From: a candidate division WOR-3 bacterium
Lineage (GTDB): Bacteria; Hydrothermota; Tepidihabitantia; Tepidihabitantales; JAOUPE01
Assembly (NCBI GenBank): GCA_039801565.1
Contig: JBDRUX010000008.1
Location: 1 to 45,183, forward strand
Direction of reading: 5' to 3'
Length of the DNA stretch: 45,183 nucleotides
Positions 29,045 to 38,535 of this stretch are shown here, in pieces. The first letter of the stretch is position 1; each line of letters opens with the position of its first letter. Position numbers and translations under genes: made by a program. A model generated the notes under the pieces. The model made no database searches and was not told where the DNA came from. It was given only the letters and a program-made list of their open reading frames with translations.

Positions 29045-29389
29045 AGAGCAATCTTAAATATAAGATATTTAAATATCAAAAGGTTAAAAGAAAATCCGGC
29101 TCGATTTTTGTGTTAGTTTTAACTAACATTTTGTGATGTTGTTTTTTTTCTCAAGAAATGGCGGAAAAGCTTAAGGCATTCCGAAAAAGGCTAATTTGAC
29201 GCAATAGAAAGTTGCTGATTGGATGCGATTGATTTTAAACAAAGTATGAAAAGATAATAACACAACTGCCAACTCTATCCAATTTCGTTGAATGAGTCGG
29301 AACTAAAGATTTAAGGATAAAATCTTTAAGTCTTTGCGGTCTTGTTCTCAATGAGTAAAACATAGATCTCTCCAAAACTTTATTTTGTC

Positions 29390-29417
29390 TTGACAGTTAG
29401 ATTTTTTTTGGTAAAAT
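29390..29417 (+). promoter_or_regulatory. Sigma70 promoter with extended -10
   Basis: TTGACA-16 bp-TAAAAT, with TG-n immediately before the -10 box. Confidence 0.65.
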
Positions 29418-29564
29418 ATAATTGTTAAATCACTACAATCAGAGGAACCCTTCCTTTGATTGTCAGGACTTGGGTGTGATTTAAAGCTTAGAAATAAAAG
29501 CCGAGAATTTATTGGGTAAAAACCGGCTTTAAAATTTTAATGCGATGCGGTAAGGAGGACTTGG

Positions 29565-31571
29565 GTGTGGGCAACTGCGTCATTATTCGGTGGCATCCAG
29601 TGCCCAATTGTCAAAGATAAACTATTATTTAGAAAATTTGGCATCTTTGTCTTAATTTGCCTCTGGTTAGGTTTTTGCCGAGCGGAAAGTCTTGATGTCT
29701 GGGTAGCAAATCCGTTAAGTCGAATAAAGCCTGATGCCAGATTCGTCGAGAGTTTTTCCAACAGAAAAGATAAAATTATAAAGATTGAAGGGGCTCGCAA
29801 TGAGTATGAACCTTTTCAGTTTGTTATCAGTACGCAAGATGAAGCAATTTCTGGCGTCCGAATCGAAATGACCCCCTTGGTGAATCATAATCCGCCGAGT
29901 GCGGATACGATACCAGCCGAAAGCATTAAATTTTACTTAGAACATTATATCTATATTGCTAAATCCACTCCTCGCTCCTCCCTTGCTTTCGGCTGGTATC
30001 CGGATGCCTTAATCCCTTGGGCGGCGGTTGAAAATTTTATAATTCCGCCCCAATCGAATCAACCGTTTTTGGGGGAAGTCCATATTCCATCAAACATAAG
30101 GGCTGGTCTTTATTTAGGCCAGTTGAAAATTAACGCCCTTGGCAAAACACCAGTTGTGATAAATTTTGAACTCAATGTCTGGAATTTTACCCTACCCAGC
30201 CCTTCGTTGCAAACTTCATTCGGTCTCTCCTATGAGAATCTAATAAATTACCATCATTTGCAACCGGGAACTCCTGAATATTGGTCAATAATCAAAAAGT
30301 ATAACGAGAGTTTGATTGAGCACCGGTTAATGCCGATTTGTCTTCTGACACCTCGGGCATTATCCGATGGCTCATTTGATACAACCAATTTAACACCGCT
30401 CCTTGCTTATTACTTTGACAGTTTAAAAGTGAATGCATCAATGTATGCATTTAACCTAAATGCACCGTTTGCGGACCCATTTGGCGAAGATTGGACAAAA
30501 ACCCAACGCTATCTTGAAAGTTATTATCAATATCTTTTGAAACACAATTGGGCAGAGCATCATTATGCTTATCTAATTGATGAGCCGAGTGACTCAATCG
30601 CTTACCAAAAGGTTCGACAAATTGGTGCAATGCTACATCAGATTAATCCGAAAATTAAATTGCTCTGCACCGAACAGATTAAGCCTGAGAACCCCAATTG
30701 GGGTGACTTTTATGGTTATGTTGATATTTATTGTCCGCTTTTCTTTCTCTACGATTCTGCTCATGCCCATTGGCGGCAAGGGTTAGGCGATGAAGTTTGG
30801 GTCTATACTGCTTGTACCCAAGGCCCTAATCCAACACCTTGGTGGCAAATTGATATGCCATTGATGAATTATCGAATTGTGCCTTGGCAAATTCGCTACT
30901 ATGACATCTCGGGATTACTTTATTGGTCAACCAACTACTGGCAGGAATCACCCGACCCTTGGGTTAAACCAGCTGGCTTTAGTAATCAACGAGGCGATTT
31001 TTGGAATGGCGAAGGTTCACTTTTCTATCCCGGTACTAAGGTTGGAATTGATGGACCAATCACATCATTGCGTCTTAAACAACTGCGCGAAGGGATAGAA
31101 GATTATGAATACCTGTCACTACTTTTTCGGATGGGCGAAGCAGATTTTGCTCGTTCGCAAATTTGTCAGTTGACGACAAGTTTTTATAACTGGCAAACCG
31201 ACCCGGAAATTTTATTTGAGGTAAGAAAGACAATCGGCGAAAGGATATCGGCAATTAATTCGATTAGCGAAGATGATAAGAGTGCGCTAAAATCAGAAAA
31301 TCCACAAATCGCAATTAACCCCAATCCCTTTCGGAAATTGACTAAAATAAAATGGCTAATGCCTAATTACCGGTCAAATCAATTGAAAATATTTTCTCTA
31401 AATGGCAGCTTAATTAGATGTTTAAAATTGTCCGAAAGTAAAGACGGCCTCTTCATTGGAATTTGGGATGGCAAAGACGAAGAAGGTAGTTGCGTAGCTC
31501 CTGGAGTCTATCTGATTAAATCTGATGGTACCAAAAGCGGGTCTAAAAAATTAGTCTTAATAAAAGATTAG
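29565..31571 (+). CDS. Secreted DUF4091/GH123-like putative glycoside hydrolase with C-terminal T9SS/FlgD-type domain
   Basis: Signal-like segment ending FCRA; GARNEYEPFQ, YLIDEP, GLLYW, NGEGSLFYPG, SLRLKQLREGIEDYEYL; C-terminal NPNPF...IFSLNG..IR...WDGKD...PGVY; exact start uncertain. Confidence 0.75.
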   Translation: MWATASLFGGIQCPIVKDKLLFRKFGIFVLICLWLGFCRAESLDVWVANPLSRIKPDARFVESFSNRKDKIIKIEGARNEYEPFQFVISTQDEAISGVRIEMTPLVNHNPPSADTIPAESIKFYLEHYIYIAKSTPRSSLAFGWYPDALIPWAAVENFIIPPQSNQPFLGEVHIPSNIRAGLYLGQLKINALGKTPVVINFELNVWNFTLPSPSLQTSFGLSYENLINYHHLQPGTPEYWSIIKKYNESLIEHRLMPICLLTPRALSDGSFDTTNLTPLLAYYFDSLKVNASMYAFNLNAPFADPFGEDWTKTQRYLESYYQYLLKHNWAEHHYAYLIDEPSDSIAYQKVRQIGAMLHQINPKIKLLCTEQIKPENPNWGDFYGYVDIYCPLFFLYDSAHAHWRQGLGDEVWVYTACTQGPNPTPWWQIDMPLMNYRIVPWQIRYYDISGLLYWSTNYWQESPDPWVKPAGFSNQRGDFWNGEGSLFYPGTKVGIDGPITSLRLKQLREGIEDYEYLSLLFRMGEADFARSQICQLTTSFYNWQTDPEILFEVRKTIGERISAINSISEDDKSALKSENPQIAINPNPFRKLTKIKWLMPNYRSNQLKIFSLNGSLIRCLKLSESKDGLFIGIWDGKDEEGSCVAPGVYLIKSDGTKSGSKKLVLIKD

Positions 31572-32701
31572 CCGAAGGTTCGGGTTGTCTCACCCATTCG
31601 GGTCTTGGTTTTGGCGCCCAATTCCACCAACTCGCGTAAACCCTTCGGGTCAAAGGCATTGGCAAGCGCGGTTTCGTAGGTAATCTTACCCATCCGATAA
31701 AGTTCCGCCAGATAGGCATCGAACGAAATACTACCCTCGGCTTGAGCCGTTTGAATTGCTGAGGGTAAATGTTCAATTTTTCGTTCCCGAATTAAATTGC
31801 GGACCGCCGGGGTTGCCATCATAATCTCAAATGCGGCAATCCGACCTCTGCCTTCAGCCCGCAAAACTAAGCGCTGGGAGAAGACTGCCAAAATCGAAAT
31901 CGAAAATTGGATTCTAATCTGGTCACGAATTTCCGGCGGAAAGATATCAATGAATCGTGTTATCGTTTCGGTTGCGTTGGTGGTGTGAAGAGTACCAATC
32001 ACCAAATGACCGGATTCTGCTGCCCAGACAGTTGCTTCTGCGGTCGCTAAGTCACGGATTTCACCAACCAGAATCACGTTGGGATTAGAACGAAGCCCTT
32101 TCATAATTGCTTCCCGGAATGAGGAAACATCAATTCCAACTTCCCGCTGGGTAACCAATCCGGCTTTATGGTCGTGAATGAACTCAATTGGGTCTTCAAT
32201 GGTTAAAACATGACGCGGACTATTCAAAATATAGTCAATAAATGTCGCCTGGGTGGTTGATTTACCACAACCGGTTGGACCGGTGACAAGAATTAGACCG
32301 TGGGATTTATCTAAGAGGGCTTTAATCTTTGGCACCAAGTGGGGCAAAAAACCGAGTTCTTCAAATTCCATAATGTGTTTGGGAATAAGCCGCAAGGCGA
32401 GTCCAAAATACCCTTTTTGCTTATAAATTGCTACCCGGAACCGAGCTTTGTCTTTATAAGTTAAACCAAAGTCACCACCACCACCATCATTAATTTGGGC
32501 ACGCAAATGCTTAACATTAACGGTGGAAATGTCCTTAAATTTTGCCGTAAGCTCGGGAGTTAATACTTGAGTCTTTTCCACAGGGTAAAGTTTACCATCA
32601 ATTCGGAGTGTTGGCGGTCTACCCACGGTAAGGTGTAAGTCCGAAGCCCGTTGTCTGATACACTCTTCGAGCAGGAATTCAAAATATTCTTCGTCAGTCA
32701 T
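31568..32701 (-). CDS. pilT: PilT/PilU family type IV pilus retraction ATPase
   Basis: ASDLHL, Walker A GPTGCGKSTT, TIEDPIE, ILVGEIRD, GHLVIGTLHT, AVRNLIRE. Confidence 0.9.
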   Translation of the reverse strand: MTDEEYFEFLLEECIRQRASDLHLTVGRPPTLRIDGKLYPVEKTQVLTPELTAKFKDISTVNVKHLRAQINDGGGGDFGLTYKDKARFRVAIYKQKGYFGLALRLIPKHIMEFEELGFLPHLVPKIKALLDKSHGLILVTGPTGCGKSTTQATFIDYILNSPRHVLTIEDPIEFIHDHKAGLVTQREVGIDVSSFREAIMKGLRSNPNVILVGEIRDLATAEATVWAAESGHLVIGTLHTTNATETITRFIDIFPPEIRDQIRIQFSISILAVFSQRLVLRAEGRGRIAAFEIMMATPAVRNLIRERKIEHLPSAIQTAQAEGSISFDAYLAELYRMGKITYETALANAFDPKGLRELVELGAKTKTRMGETTRTFG

Positions 32702-32747
32702 TTTTATCCTTATCGTTAAAGCACACCCAAAATGCTTTAACTATTAA

Positions 32748-32844
32748 ATTATAGGAGAATTTTAGATGAAGTCAAGGGAGAAATTTTGCGAGCAAGTTGA
32801 AATATGGAATCACAGGTTGACTTTTTACGTTTTGCCTTTATAAT
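32748..32844. promoter_or_regulatory. Divergent sigma70 promoters for pilT (-) and HDAC (+)
   Basis: Minus strand TTGACT(32775)-16-TATAAT(32753); plus strand TTGACT(32817)-16-TATAAT(32839) with ATG 6 nt later. Confidence 0.7.
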
Positions 32845-32850
32845 CCCTTG

Positions 32851-33798
32851 ATGAAATTTGTCTATTCACAAAAATACGAAATGGATTTTGGTACCCACGT
32901 CTTTCCGACCCAAAAGTATCGAATGGTGAAAGAAAGACTTTTGGCATTGGGCTGGGCAAAAGAAGAAGATTTTATCGAACCACCCCCGCCCAATATTGAT
33001 GATATCCGTTTGGTTCATACCAAGGAGTATATTGATGATATGCTCAATCTGCGTTGGACACGACGAACAATGCGTTCGGAACTTCCATTGACCTGGCAAA
33101 TCATCGAAGGTTATCTTATCGCAGCTTCGGGTACGATTCTTGCCAGTGAATTGGCTTTACAAGAAGGCTCTTGCGTTCATATTGGCGGCGGCTTTCATCA
33201 CGCCTTTCCTGACCATGGTGAAGGTTTTTGTTATATCAATGATATCGCAGTAGCAATTAAAAAGCTTTTGGTTCAAAATAAGATCGAACGCGCGGCGGTG
33301 ATCGATTGCGATTTACATCAAGGAAATGGCACCGCCAAAATTTTTCAAAATGATGACCGGGTCTTTACCTTTTCAATTCATCAGGAGCATCTTTATCCAA
33401 TAAAAGAAGAGAGCGATTTGGATATTGGGCTTGATGACTTTGCCGGAGACGCAACTTATCTCCATCACCTCCGTTCTGCGGTTCCCAAAATTCTCACTAC
33501 ACATAAGCCGCAGTTTGTCATTTATGTCGCCGGGGCCGACCCTTACAAAGATGACCAACTGGGGACATTGCAATTGACCAAAGCCGGTTTGGAAGAAAGA
33601 GATAGAATAGTGGTTGAAAATTGTCAAAAGGAAAAGATACCGTTTGCGGTTGTCTTTGCTGGTGGCTATGCCTTGAAAATCGAAGATACGGTTGATATCC
33701 ACTTAAACACCTGTAAAGTCTGTTTAGGTATCAAGGAACCAGTAATAACTACTGAAGAAAAAAAATCCGATTCAACCAAGTCGCAACCAAACGATTAA
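32851..33798 (+). CDS. Histone deacetylase family (class IV/HDAC11-like) amidohydrolase
   Basis: HVFPTQKY, GGGFHHA, GFCYINDIA, IDCDLHQGNGT, AGADPY..D.LG, GGY. Confidence 0.9.
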   Translation: MKFVYSQKYEMDFGTHVFPTQKYRMVKERLLALGWAKEEDFIEPPPPNIDDIRLVHTKEYIDDMLNLRWTRRTMRSELPLTWQIIEGYLIAASGTILASELALQEGSCVHIGGGFHHAFPDHGEGFCYINDIAVAIKKLLVQNKIERAAVIDCDLHQGNGTAKIFQNDDRVFTFSIHQEHLYPIKEESDLDIGLDDFAGDATYLHHLRSAVPKILTTHKPQFVIYVAGADPYKDDQLGTLQLTKAGLEERDRIVVENCQKEKIPFAVVFAGGYALKIEDTVDIHLNTCKVCLGIKEPVITTEEKKSDSTKSQPND

Positions 33799-33809
33799 AG
33801 GGAAGGTTA

Positions 33810-34895
33810 TTGCACGACTTTCCCTATCAGGCGGGCCGACGCAAATGTCCGCACACTTGTTTGGTCGCATTGACCGAAGCTGGAGCTTGCTTGTTCGCTT
33901 GCCCAATCTGTTATGCCCGGGCTTATCCTTGGAGTCAAAACGACCGGATCGTAATTTATGAAAACATCGTAGAAAAATTGCAAGCAGAGCTTGACTCGGC
34001 ACAGATTATCTTCCCGATTTACTTAAGTCAAGTCACCGACCCTCTTCAGCCAATTCCAGAAATTCGGCTGACTACTAAAAAGATTGTCCAATTGTTAATA
34101 GACTACCGTCTCAGTTTTGGCATCGTCACCAAAAGCGCGGAAGGACCATTATGGCTTTTAAACCAGGTTCCGGAATTGATTGATTACCCTTATTGGTTTT
34201 TAACGGTGACCGTGGAAGCGGTTCCGTCAAAACAAATTGTGACGAGCCCGAATGCCTCGCCGATTGCCCACCGTTTAAAAACGATAGAGTACTTTAACCG
34301 ATTAGGAATACCGGCAATTGCTCGAATTGACCCAACCTTATTAGGTCTGATGACCGAGAGCGATGTGCTCTGGTTGGTGAAAAGAGCAGCAGGGGCTGGT
34401 TCCAAGCATATCATCGCTTCGACTGGCTATTTCAATAAGGTCTCACTTTTACGAGTAATTGAGTCAATAAAAAAATCGGTGTGGGAAAGGAAACTAAAGC
34501 AATTCCTGCAATTTTATCGTGTTGACCTAAATAAAATTGACTCGGTTGAAGAACGTAAACGCTTTACCGTCCCATTACCGATAAGGCAAAAGTTTCATAT
34601 TTGGTTAAGAAACGAGACCGAAGCGTTAGGAATGACTTATGCGGTTTGCCAAGAGTTGCCAAAAGAGTTTGACTCGCAAGGTATTCCGTCCTGCGAAGGC
34701 GCGAAGAATATTTTCGTCCATAAAAAAGACCCCACCGGGCAGTTTAAACCAATCAACTGTCATGGCGATTGTCTAAGAAATTGTCCTAATCCAAACTTAC
34801 CACCTTGTGGTGAAAAGCGATTTCTGACAATTTATCCGTATCCGCTGAAATTGCTCTTTGCCCCAGCTCAGCAAATGACAATCACTTACAACTAA
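33810..34895 (+). CDS. Spore photoproduct lyase-like radical SAM protein
   Basis: CLFACPICYA, SQVTDPLQP, IVTKS, ARIDP; Cys-rich C-terminus. Confidence 0.75.
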   Translation: MHDFPYQAGRRKCPHTCLVALTEAGACLFACPICYARAYPWSQNDRIVIYENIVEKLQAELDSAQIIFPIYLSQVTDPLQPIPEIRLTTKKIVQLLIDYRLSFGIVTKSAEGPLWLLNQVPELIDYPYWFLTVTVEAVPSKQIVTSPNASPIAHRLKTIEYFNRLGIPAIARIDPTLLGLMTESDVLWLVKRAAGAGSKHIIASTGYFNKVSLLRVIESIKKSVWERKLKQFLQFYRVDLNKIDSVEERKRFTVPLPIRQKFHIWLRNETEALGMTYAVCQELPKEFDSQGIPSCEGAKNIFVHKKDPTGQFKPINCHGDCLRNCPNPNLPPCGEKRFLTIYPYPLKLLFAPAQQMTITYN

Positions 34896-35881
34896 TGCCA
34901 ACTCCCAAAAAAATATTTTTGGCTTGGGCGTCTACTGCCCGCCGTTCTGCTACCTTAGCAAAATTTTTCGGCGCCCAATTATTTGTTCTACCTTTAACCA
35001 GAAAAAAAGTTATTTTCCGACTCGGACAATATTTAATCTTAGCAATTAGAACTTTCCCGATTTTATTAAAAACAAAACCAACCCTAATTTTTGTTCAATG
35101 CCCGCCGATTTATATTCTTTTTCCCGTTTATCTCTATGCTAAACTCCGAAAAGTTAAATATATCATTGACGCCCATACCGCAGCCTTTATCGGTAAAGGA
35201 TTTCATTTTGCTATCTATTTGGATTGGTTAAAGTTTTTTGCAAAAAGAGCCAAAATGACCATCATTCCCAATGAAGAATTGGCTAAGTACTTGGCGAATT
35301 GGCAAATACCTTACTTCATTCTCGAAGATGGAATCCCCAATCTTTCCGATTTTGGTTTGCCAAAGAAAGAGTTAAAAATAGAGAATAAAGTTGCGGTAAT
35401 TTGTGGTTTTGGTAGTGATGAACCAATTGACGAAATTGTAGAAGCGGCAAAATTAGTTCCAAATGTGCAATTTTATGTTACCGGTGCTTATCCCAAAGTC
35501 TATACCAAACGAAGTTCCCCAAATTTGCAATTCACTGGCTTTTTGTCAGAATCAGACTATATCGAACTCCTTAAGCAAGTTGATTTAGTAGCGGTGTTGA
35601 CAAAACGCGAAAGTACTATTTTGTGCGGTGCTTATGAGGCGCTCAGTTTAGAAAAACCAATGATTCTTTCCGATACTAAAACCTTGTCCCATCATTTTCC
35701 CAAAGGGGTAGTCCGGGTTGAAAATACCGTAATGGCGATTGCCGATGGTATTAAAAATGCATATACTCTCTTACCCCAGTTGCAATCAGAAATTAGCCAA
35801 TTAAAGTTAGAAAAAATCCGAAGCTGGACGGAACAGGCACAAAAGCTAAAAAGGTCTTTGGAGTTTATTGCTGATTGTTAA
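34895..35881 (+). CDS. Glycosyltransferase (GT4-like)
   Basis: VQCPP, IIDAH, FTGFL, CGAYEALSLEKPMILSD. Confidence 0.8.
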   Translation: MPTPKKIFLAWASTARRSATLAKFFGAQLFVLPLTRKKVIFRLGQYLILAIRTFPILLKTKPTLIFVQCPPIYILFPVYLYAKLRKVKYIIDAHTAAFIGKGFHFAIYLDWLKFFAKRAKMTIIPNEELAKYLANWQIPYFILEDGIPNLSDFGLPKKELKIENKVAVICGFGSDEPIDEIVEAAKLVPNVQFYVTGAYPKVYTKRSSPNLQFTGFLSESDYIELLKQVDLVAVLTKRESTILCGAYEALSLEKPMILSDTKTLSHHFPKGVVRVENTVMAIADGIKNAYTLLPQLQSEISQLKLEKIRSWTEQAQKLKRSLEFIADC

Positions 35882-35916
35882 AAAAGACTTGATTTAAGGT
35901 GTTTAAATAGTTCAAA

Positions 35917-37095
35917 ATGAAGATAATTCAAATTCTTACCCATTCGCCATCTTGGGTGACAAAAAACATTGAAGAAGACATTTATGATGGTTGGCATGTC
36001 CGGACCGCTAAGGCAATAAAAAAAATCAGTAATAATTTTGATTTTGTCTGTATTTTACCCGAGAAGAATGTTCACCAAATAATTACGGAGCAAAAGGAAG
36101 GTATTACCTATCAAGTCTTCCCTTCCATTGCCTTCTCATACCAACGGGAAATTTCTTTGCCGATGATTCGAGCGATAAAGGCAATGGCAAAAGAACCAAT
36201 CATTTTACATCTTCATGGCGCCCATAACTATCTCACTTATACTTTAACTTCAATCTTTGCCAAATTACCTATTGTTATTCAGCATCATGGTGATTGTCCA
36301 CCGTTTAATCTCATTGAACGCCGACGCCGATTAATTTTTTTCATTTCCCTTTTAGGTATGGAGCAGTTTTTAATGTACCAGGTACTACGCTTCGTTGATT
36401 TTTTCTTTGTCTTAACAAATAAAGAAAGAGAGCGATTGCTAAAATTTATTAAACCAGAAAAGATAAAGATTCAAGGGATGGGCGTAGATTTTGCTTATTT
36501 TTTGCCGATGGAAAAAGCAGTGGCACGAAGGAGATTGAATTTAGCGCTGTCAGAAAAAATTTTGCTTTATGTTGGCAAATTACAACGCTATAAAGGTTGT
36601 GATGTGGCGCTTGAAGTTTATCAAGAACTGAAAAAAGAATACAATATAAAACTCTTATTAGTTGGCGGAAGTGAAACAGACGAACTCTATGGGGCAGCCA
36701 AAGCCAGCCAGGCGGTTATTTTTCCACGGCAACCACCAGAACTGATGCCGACATTTTATTCGGCAGCCGATGTTACGATTCTACCTGGGACAAAACCGCT
36801 AACCGAGTGGGGTGGCATTGGAATTTCGCTAATCGAGTCATTAGCCTGTGGCACACCAGTGGTCGGAGGGACATTAAGAAATTTTTGGGGCGAAATCAGC
36901 CGAATTGGTGTTTTAGCCGTAACCAAAAGGGAAATAATTGAAGGTGTGAAATTGATTTTAAACAACCCTGGAAAGTTTCGAAACTGCCGAACCGAAGCTC
37001 AGCGCTACTATAACTGGCAGGTCATTGCTCAAAATACCATCGCGGTATATCAGAAATTGGCAAGAAAGTATTACCCAACTGCTTTGAATATTTAA
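35917..37095 (+). CDS. Glycosyltransferase family 4
   Basis: GMGVD, LYVGKLQRYKG, FYSAADV, IESLACGTPVV, YNW. Confidence 0.9.
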   Translation: MKIIQILTHSPSWVTKNIEEDIYDGWHVRTAKAIKKISNNFDFVCILPEKNVHQIITEQKEGITYQVFPSIAFSYQREISLPMIRAIKAMAKEPIILHLHGAHNYLTYTLTSIFAKLPIVIQHHGDCPPFNLIERRRRLIFFISLLGMEQFLMYQVLRFVDFFFVLTNKERERLLKFIKPEKIKIQGMGVDFAYFLPMEKAVARRRLNLALSEKILLYVGKLQRYKGCDVALEVYQELKKEYNIKLLLVGGSETDELYGAAKASQAVIFPRQPPELMPTFYSAADVTILPGTKPLTEWGGIGISLIESLACGTPVVGGTLRNFWGEISRIGVLAVTKREIIEGVKLILNNPGKFRNCRTEAQRYYNWQVIAQNTIAVYQKLARKYYPTALNI

Positions 37096-37119
37096 ATTAA
37101 CCTGGTGTAAGATGTTTAA

Positions 37120-38535
37120 ATGTTCAAAATGAAAAGAAACCTAAAAAACCTTTTACTGGTTGCCCTTGGTGAATTTTTGGGTCCACTGCTCGGGTTTTTT
37201 GTGATTGCTTATTTAGCTCGGGTCTTGGGTGTAGCAAATTTTGGTCGGATTAACTTTGCACAAGCGGTATTCTCCTATGGCCTACTTCTAAATTATCTGG
37301 GTTTGCCAACTTTAGGCACTCGAGAAATTGCCCGGCAGCAAAACCCAGAAAAAATTGTTCCGGTAATCTTATCCTTAAGGCTCATTTTAAGCCTTTTCGG
37401 TTTTGTTTTAATCTCCCTAATTAGTCTCGCTCTTCCCAAAGGTATTGAAACAAAAACATTAATCGTTCTTTACGGATTCTCTTTGTTCACCACCGGTCTT
37501 TTCTTAGATTGGTTCTTTCAAGGCAAAGAGGCGATGGAATATTTAGCCATTAGCCGAATTCTCAATTATACCGTTTACTTGCTATTTGTCTTACTTACAA
37601 TCCATAACCAGAACGATTTCTATTTTGTACCAATTGGCTTTTTTCTAGGCAATTTGACGATTGCCCTATTTCAGTTTTTAGTTTACGAAAAGCGTTTTGG
37701 TAAAATTCGTTTGACATTAAATTGGCAGGACAGCAGACGATTGCTAAAGATGGCTTTACCTCTTGGAATTGCTTCACTATTCATTCAATTTGGTCAATAT
37801 TTTACTCCAACTCTTTTAGGTTTAATTAAAGGCAATCAGGCAGTTGGTTATTTCGCAGCTGCTTACAAATTGGTGATGATGATTGCCATCTTTGACCGGG
37901 TATTCACCATCGTTGCCCTACCAATGATAACGAGGTTTTATACCCTTAACAATCCGAATTTACTACAACAACTTCACAATCGTTTGCAAAAGTTTTTAAT
38001 CTTTGGGGTCTTGCCGATTCTGATTGGTGGTGTCATATTAGCTAAGGATATCATACTCTTGGTTTACGGAACTAATTATTGGCAAACTGTCATTTTATTC
38101 CAAATTTTAATTTTCTTCTTTGGCATTACCATCTTTGTGAGTTTATACGGAGTATCCTTAATTGCGGCGCAAAAGGAATTCCAATATGCAAAGGCTATCG
38201 GTTTCGGCACATTAACTAACATCTTGTTCAATCCATTCTTGACTTTTTACTTAGGTGCATTAGGGGCAAGTATTACGGTTGTTTTGGCTGAGGCGGTTAC
38301 TTTAACTTTCGCTTTAATCAATTATCATCGAATTGGCGGCATCATAGGATTTGGCCGACTGAAACAAATCTTGCCCAAGTCTTTATTCGCGACTTGCCTT
38401 ATGGCATTTTTTCTTTTATTATTTTCTAATAGCAATTTGTTTTTAAGAATGGTTGGGGCTTTTATAATATATGGCGGTCTACTTTTCCTGGTTCGAGGAA
38501 TCACTCAGGATGATTTTAGACTTAGTACACTATGA
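37120..38535 (+). CDS. wzx: Wzx-type polysaccharide flippase
   Basis: Many TM helices; YLARVLG..NFG, DWFFQGKE.M, VGYFAAAYKL. Confidence 0.9.
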   Translation: MFKMKRNLKNLLLVALGEFLGPLLGFFVIAYLARVLGVANFGRINFAQAVFSYGLLLNYLGLPTLGTREIARQQNPEKIVPVILSLRLILSLFGFVLISLISLALPKGIETKTLIVLYGFSLFTTGLFLDWFFQGKEAMEYLAISRILNYTVYLLFVLLTIHNQNDFYFVPIGFFLGNLTIALFQFLVYEKRFGKIRLTLNWQDSRRLLKMALPLGIASLFIQFGQYFTPTLLGLIKGNQAVGYFAAAYKLVMMIAIFDRVFTIVALPMITRFYTLNNPNLLQQLHNRLQKFLIFGVLPILIGGVILAKDIILLVYGTNYWQTVILFQILIFFFGITIFVSLYGVSLIAAQKEFQYAKAIGFGTLTNILFNPFLTFYLGALGASITVVLAEAVTLTFALINYHRIGGIIGFGRLKQILPKSLFATCLMAFFLLLFSNSNLFLRMVGAFIIYGGLLFLVRGITQDDFRLSTL

